Below are positions 61,638 through 64,000 of a DNA stretch of 64,000 nucleotides, one piece after another; position 1 is the first letter of the stretch; the number at the start of each line of letters is the position of its first letter. Source of the stretch: Patescibacteria group bacterium (GTDB lineage Bacteria; Bacteroidota; Ignavibacteria; Kapaibacteriales; Kapaibacteriaceae); assembly GCA_044376225.1 (NCBI GenBank), contig JBILLF010000002.1:24192-88191 (forward strand), given 5' to 3'. A model generated the notes under the pieces. That model made no database searches. It saw only the letters and a list, made by a program, of their open reading frames with translations, and was not told the origin of the DNA. Both the position numbers and the translations under genes were made by a program.

Positions 61638-62425
61638 GAAGCGATCCTCGGTGGTGATTGCAAATAGCTTTGATACCAGCTCTGTCCACGCAACTGCTGA
61701 TTGATGAGGTCGATCTCGGGATGCGCGTCAAGAAACGCCAGAACGTCCTCGCACCGAAAGCGAGGGTTCGCCCAGTAAAGCGCGTCATAAACGGCCCGGA
61801 TCAGAACGTAATCTTCGGGATGATCGATGGTCCAGCGGTGGCGTGCCTCGAGCAACTGACCATCTGGACGCTCCACATTCCGCATGGTGATGTATGGGTT
61901 ATTCTCCCACATCCATGGAGTCGTATGCTCGCGTTCATGCGGTCTACTGGCCGTTGCCCAGGCCCGGTGAAGAGCAAGCATCGTCATCACTTCGACGTCA
62001 TTCCCATCAGGCCATGTGCCGGGGTGCAGATTACTGGCGTAGTCCACCCACGGATACTCCAGCAGGAAGGACTCAATGACCATGTCGATCACGGCCGGGT
62101 CGATGAGTGGACAGTCAGTCGGGATCTTGACAACCACATCGGCATCAACCATCTGAGCTGCCCAGAAATGCCGGTCAAGCAGATCCGTAGGATGCCCGCG
62201 ATAAACACGGTATCCGGCAATGTGGCATAGGTCGGCGATCTCATCGTCTTGAGCAAGCGTGGTGGTGGCCACGATCACATGCTTGGCGTAGCGAGCCATT
62301 GTGACGCGCTCAAGAAAACGAAGAAGAAGGGGCTCTCCGGCAAGTGGCAGCAGGACTTTGCCGGAGAGACGGGTTGACCCCGTGCGAGCCTGGCAGATAA
62401 TGGCCACCTTGGGTTGATGATTCAC
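61634..62425 (-). CDS. CMP-sugar-type cytidylyltransferase (CTP_transf_3; acylneuraminate/Kdo cytidylyltransferase or SpsF/PseF-like)
   Basis: KVAIICQARTGSTRLSGKVLLPLAGEPLL is the N-terminal nucleotide-binding signature of the SpsF/NeuA/KdsB family. Confidence 0.65.
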   Translation of the reverse strand: MNHQPKVAIICQARTGSTRLSGKVLLPLAGEPLLLRFLERVTMARYAKHVIVATTTLAQDDEIADLCHIAGYRVYRGHPTDLLDRHFWAAQMVDADVVVKIPTDCPLIDPAVIDMVIESFLLEYPWVDYASNLHPGTWPDGNDVEVMTMLALHRAWATASRPHEREHTTPWMWENNPYITMRNVERPDGQLLEARHRWTIDHPEDYVLIRAVYDALYWANPRFRCEDVLAFLDAHPEIDLINQQLRGQSWYQSYLQSPPRIAS

Positions 62426-63432
62426 ACGGCCTCCCGCAGATGATAGGAACGGCGCTCTGGAAGCATCAGACCGCGCTCATGGAGAACTTCTGTGCAGACC
62501 TCGGCGATACTCGCTGCCGAACGTCCGCCATTCTGAATCGGACACATACGGCGCAGCTCCTCCATCGGGAAGTCGCTATAGACTTCCTTGCCTAGGGCAA
62601 TGCCCACGTACACACATGAAGAGAACTTGGTAATGAGTGTCTGGCAATGTGCGATCATCGGATTGATGTCGCGGCCGTGATATACCAGCGCATTAGGAGC
62701 CCAGCGGTCGATCTCGCGTCGTGCACGGTCAACGACCTCGTTCGGATGAAGCTTGAAGATCAGCTGACGTCCATCGGCAATGCGCAGGGCATTGAGTATC
62801 GTTTGACGACGGTCCTCGAGCTTGAATGTCTCGCGCGCGTCGCTGGTGGCAACGAGCACGAAGTCGCTGTGATCGAACGGGACTTCGCGATAGCGCTCAC
62901 AGTTATCGAAGTTTGGGATGCCCGTAACACGCAGTTTGCGACCATCAGCCCCTTTCCGTCGGAAGTGGTCCGCGTAGCCTTCGGATGCCACGCACATGTA
63001 TCGATAGGCATTTGAGAGTCCGAAGGTCGACGTCGAGGCAAGGTATCGTGGCAGACCCAGCTTCATCACCGCACGGTACATGAAGTTCTCGGGATCGGTC
63101 ATGCCCTCCTGCACCAGCACGATCGGACGGTTGCGGATGTTCTGCTGCAACATCAGATCGCTGCAGGTCACCACGAGGTCATAATCGAGCTCGCTGCCAA
63201 ACTCATCGATGCGGCACAGATTAGCGCGCAGCACCTGGCGTGCGCGTTCACGGTGGCGGTTGCCCACAATGGTCCACTCTAGCAGACCGGAGCGTGCAGC
63301 CGCCTCCAAAAGTCCGTCGGCATAGTGCGGGGCAAAGCGGCACTCGTGTTCCGACAGATGACGGGCGATCTCGACCATCATCGTGGTTTGATTTACCGAG
63401 CCGCAGATAAAGAGAATGTTACACCGTTGCAT
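62422..63432 (-). CDS. Capsule_synth (KpsS/KpsC/LpsZ)-like protein, a putative CMP-ulosonic-acid glycosyltransferase; first gene of the operon
   Basis: About 336 aa with a Rossmann-like N-terminus (ILFICGS). The segment LIFKLHPNEV resembles the conserved HP motif of KpsS/KpsC beta-Kdo transferases. Assignment by motif recollection only. Confidence 0.35.
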   Translation of the reverse strand: MQRCNILFICGSVNQTTMMVEIARHLSEHECRFAPHYADGLLEAAARSGLLEWTIVGNRHRERARQVLRANLCRIDEFGSELDYDLVVTCSDLMLQQNIRNRPIVLVQEGMTDPENFMYRAVMKLGLPRYLASTSTFGLSNAYRYMCVASEGYADHFRRKGADGRKLRVTGIPNFDNCERYREVPFDHSDFVLVATSDARETFKLEDRRQTILNALRIADGRQLIFKLHPNEVVDRARREIDRWAPNALVYHGRDINPMIAHCQTLITKFSSCVYVGIALGKEVYSDFPMEELRRMCPIQNGGRSAASIAEVCTEVLHERGLMLPERRSYHLREAV

Positions 63433-63454
63433 TACGATGCAAACATCATTAGCG

Positions 63455-63474
63455 GGCGTTACGCAGGCGTTACG
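63455..63474. promoter_or_regulatory. tandem direct repeat GGCGTTACG x2 (11-bp spacing) in the upstream region of the 63432->50905 operon
   Basis: The two exact 9-mers, at 63455-63463 and 63466-63474, are 20-50 nt upstream of the first operon ATG on the minus strand. Confidence 0.3.
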
Positions 63475-63522
63475 GCAAAATCAATCCTGCGCAACATAGG
63501 CGCACTTGTCGTAAAGATGTCG

Positions 63523-64000
63523 TTATGGGGCTGACCATTCGCGGCGCGTAAGCACCGACGAATCGGTAAGAGCCTTCATAAAGGCTACGATATCAGCCAT
63601 TTCGGCATCGCTCAGACCAAGCTTCCTTACCCGCTTGTCCTTGTTGTTGAAGGGCGTGCCGCCATCGTTGTAGTGCGCCACCACTTGCTCAAGGGTGGTA
63701 AGGGGCCCCTTATCACTATCACCCGATGCCATGTATGGAGGCGTGAGCGCAACATTGCGCAGCGATGGCGTCTTAAAGAGCCCTTCATCACGCGGATCCT
63801 TCGTCACATTATACCGACCGCGGTCGAAGTAGTGATTGAACAGCCCCACGTTCTGGAAAAGGTCGTTGGTAAGATCCTGTCCGCCGTGGCAGGCCCCGCA
63901 CATGGTCTTGGCACTAAAGAAAAGGTTCATGCCGCGACGTTCCTGATCACTGAGTGCTTGATGTTCACCGAGCAGATATCGATCATACCGACTGTTAGCA
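63523..64000 (-). CDS. di-haem cytochrome c peroxidase (CCP/MauG family), C-terminal part; the gene continues beyond the window end
   Basis: C-terminal haem domain MCGACHGG (CxxCH), followed by FKTPSLRNVALTPPYM, the conserved CCP motif. The reading frame is open to the window edge. Confidence 0.7.
   Translation of the reverse strand, partial: ANSRYDRYLLGEHQALSDQERRGMNLFFSAKTMCGACHGGQDLTNDLFQNVGLFNHYFDRGRYNVTKDPRDEGLFKTPSLRNVALTPPYMASGDSDKGPLTTLEQVVAHYNDGGTPFNNKDKRVRKLGLSDAEMADIVAFMKALTDSSVLTRREWSAP

Overview
This 64-kb window reads as GC-rich, gene-dense bacterial chromosome. Four predicted secreted proteins end in Por/T9SS-type C-terminal sorting domains: a BNR-repeat protein, a 1421-aa S8 subtilase, a 1571-aa protein of unknown function, and an Ig-repeat protein. 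That points to the Bacteroidota/Chlorobiota/Ignavibacteriota/Rhodothermota (FCB) group. I found no transposases, integrases, CRISPR arrays or tRNAs. Most genes are housekeeping: rpoD (3' part), rimM, trmD, mpl, recQ, purM, purN, metH, a tsaA/trmO-like gene, lipA, scpA and scpB, alr, ansA, gdhA, hppD, iscS and secA. There is a clear RNase P RNA gene (rnpB) downstream of a Nif3 / zinc-ribbon pair. The most unusual feature is a tightly coupled operon of about 12 genes on the minus strand (about 50.9-63.4 kb). Reading in transcription order, it encodes a Capsule_synth (KpsS/KpsC)-like transferase, a CMP-sugar-type cytidylyltransferase, a split transketolase, a class-III aminotransferase, an SDR, a short NeuB-like PEP-condensing synthase, a fatty-acid-hydroxylase-family membrane enzyme, an LpxH-like metallophosphoesterase, and a YbbAP/MacB-like ABC exporter with an HlyD adaptor. 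I interpret this as a candidate pathway that makes, lipid-links and exports an unusual amino-ulosonic-acid glycolipid; this is not a combination I recognise. All calls rest on reading the supplied six-frame translations for family motifs. No database searches were possible, so family assignments need HMM/BLAST confirmation.
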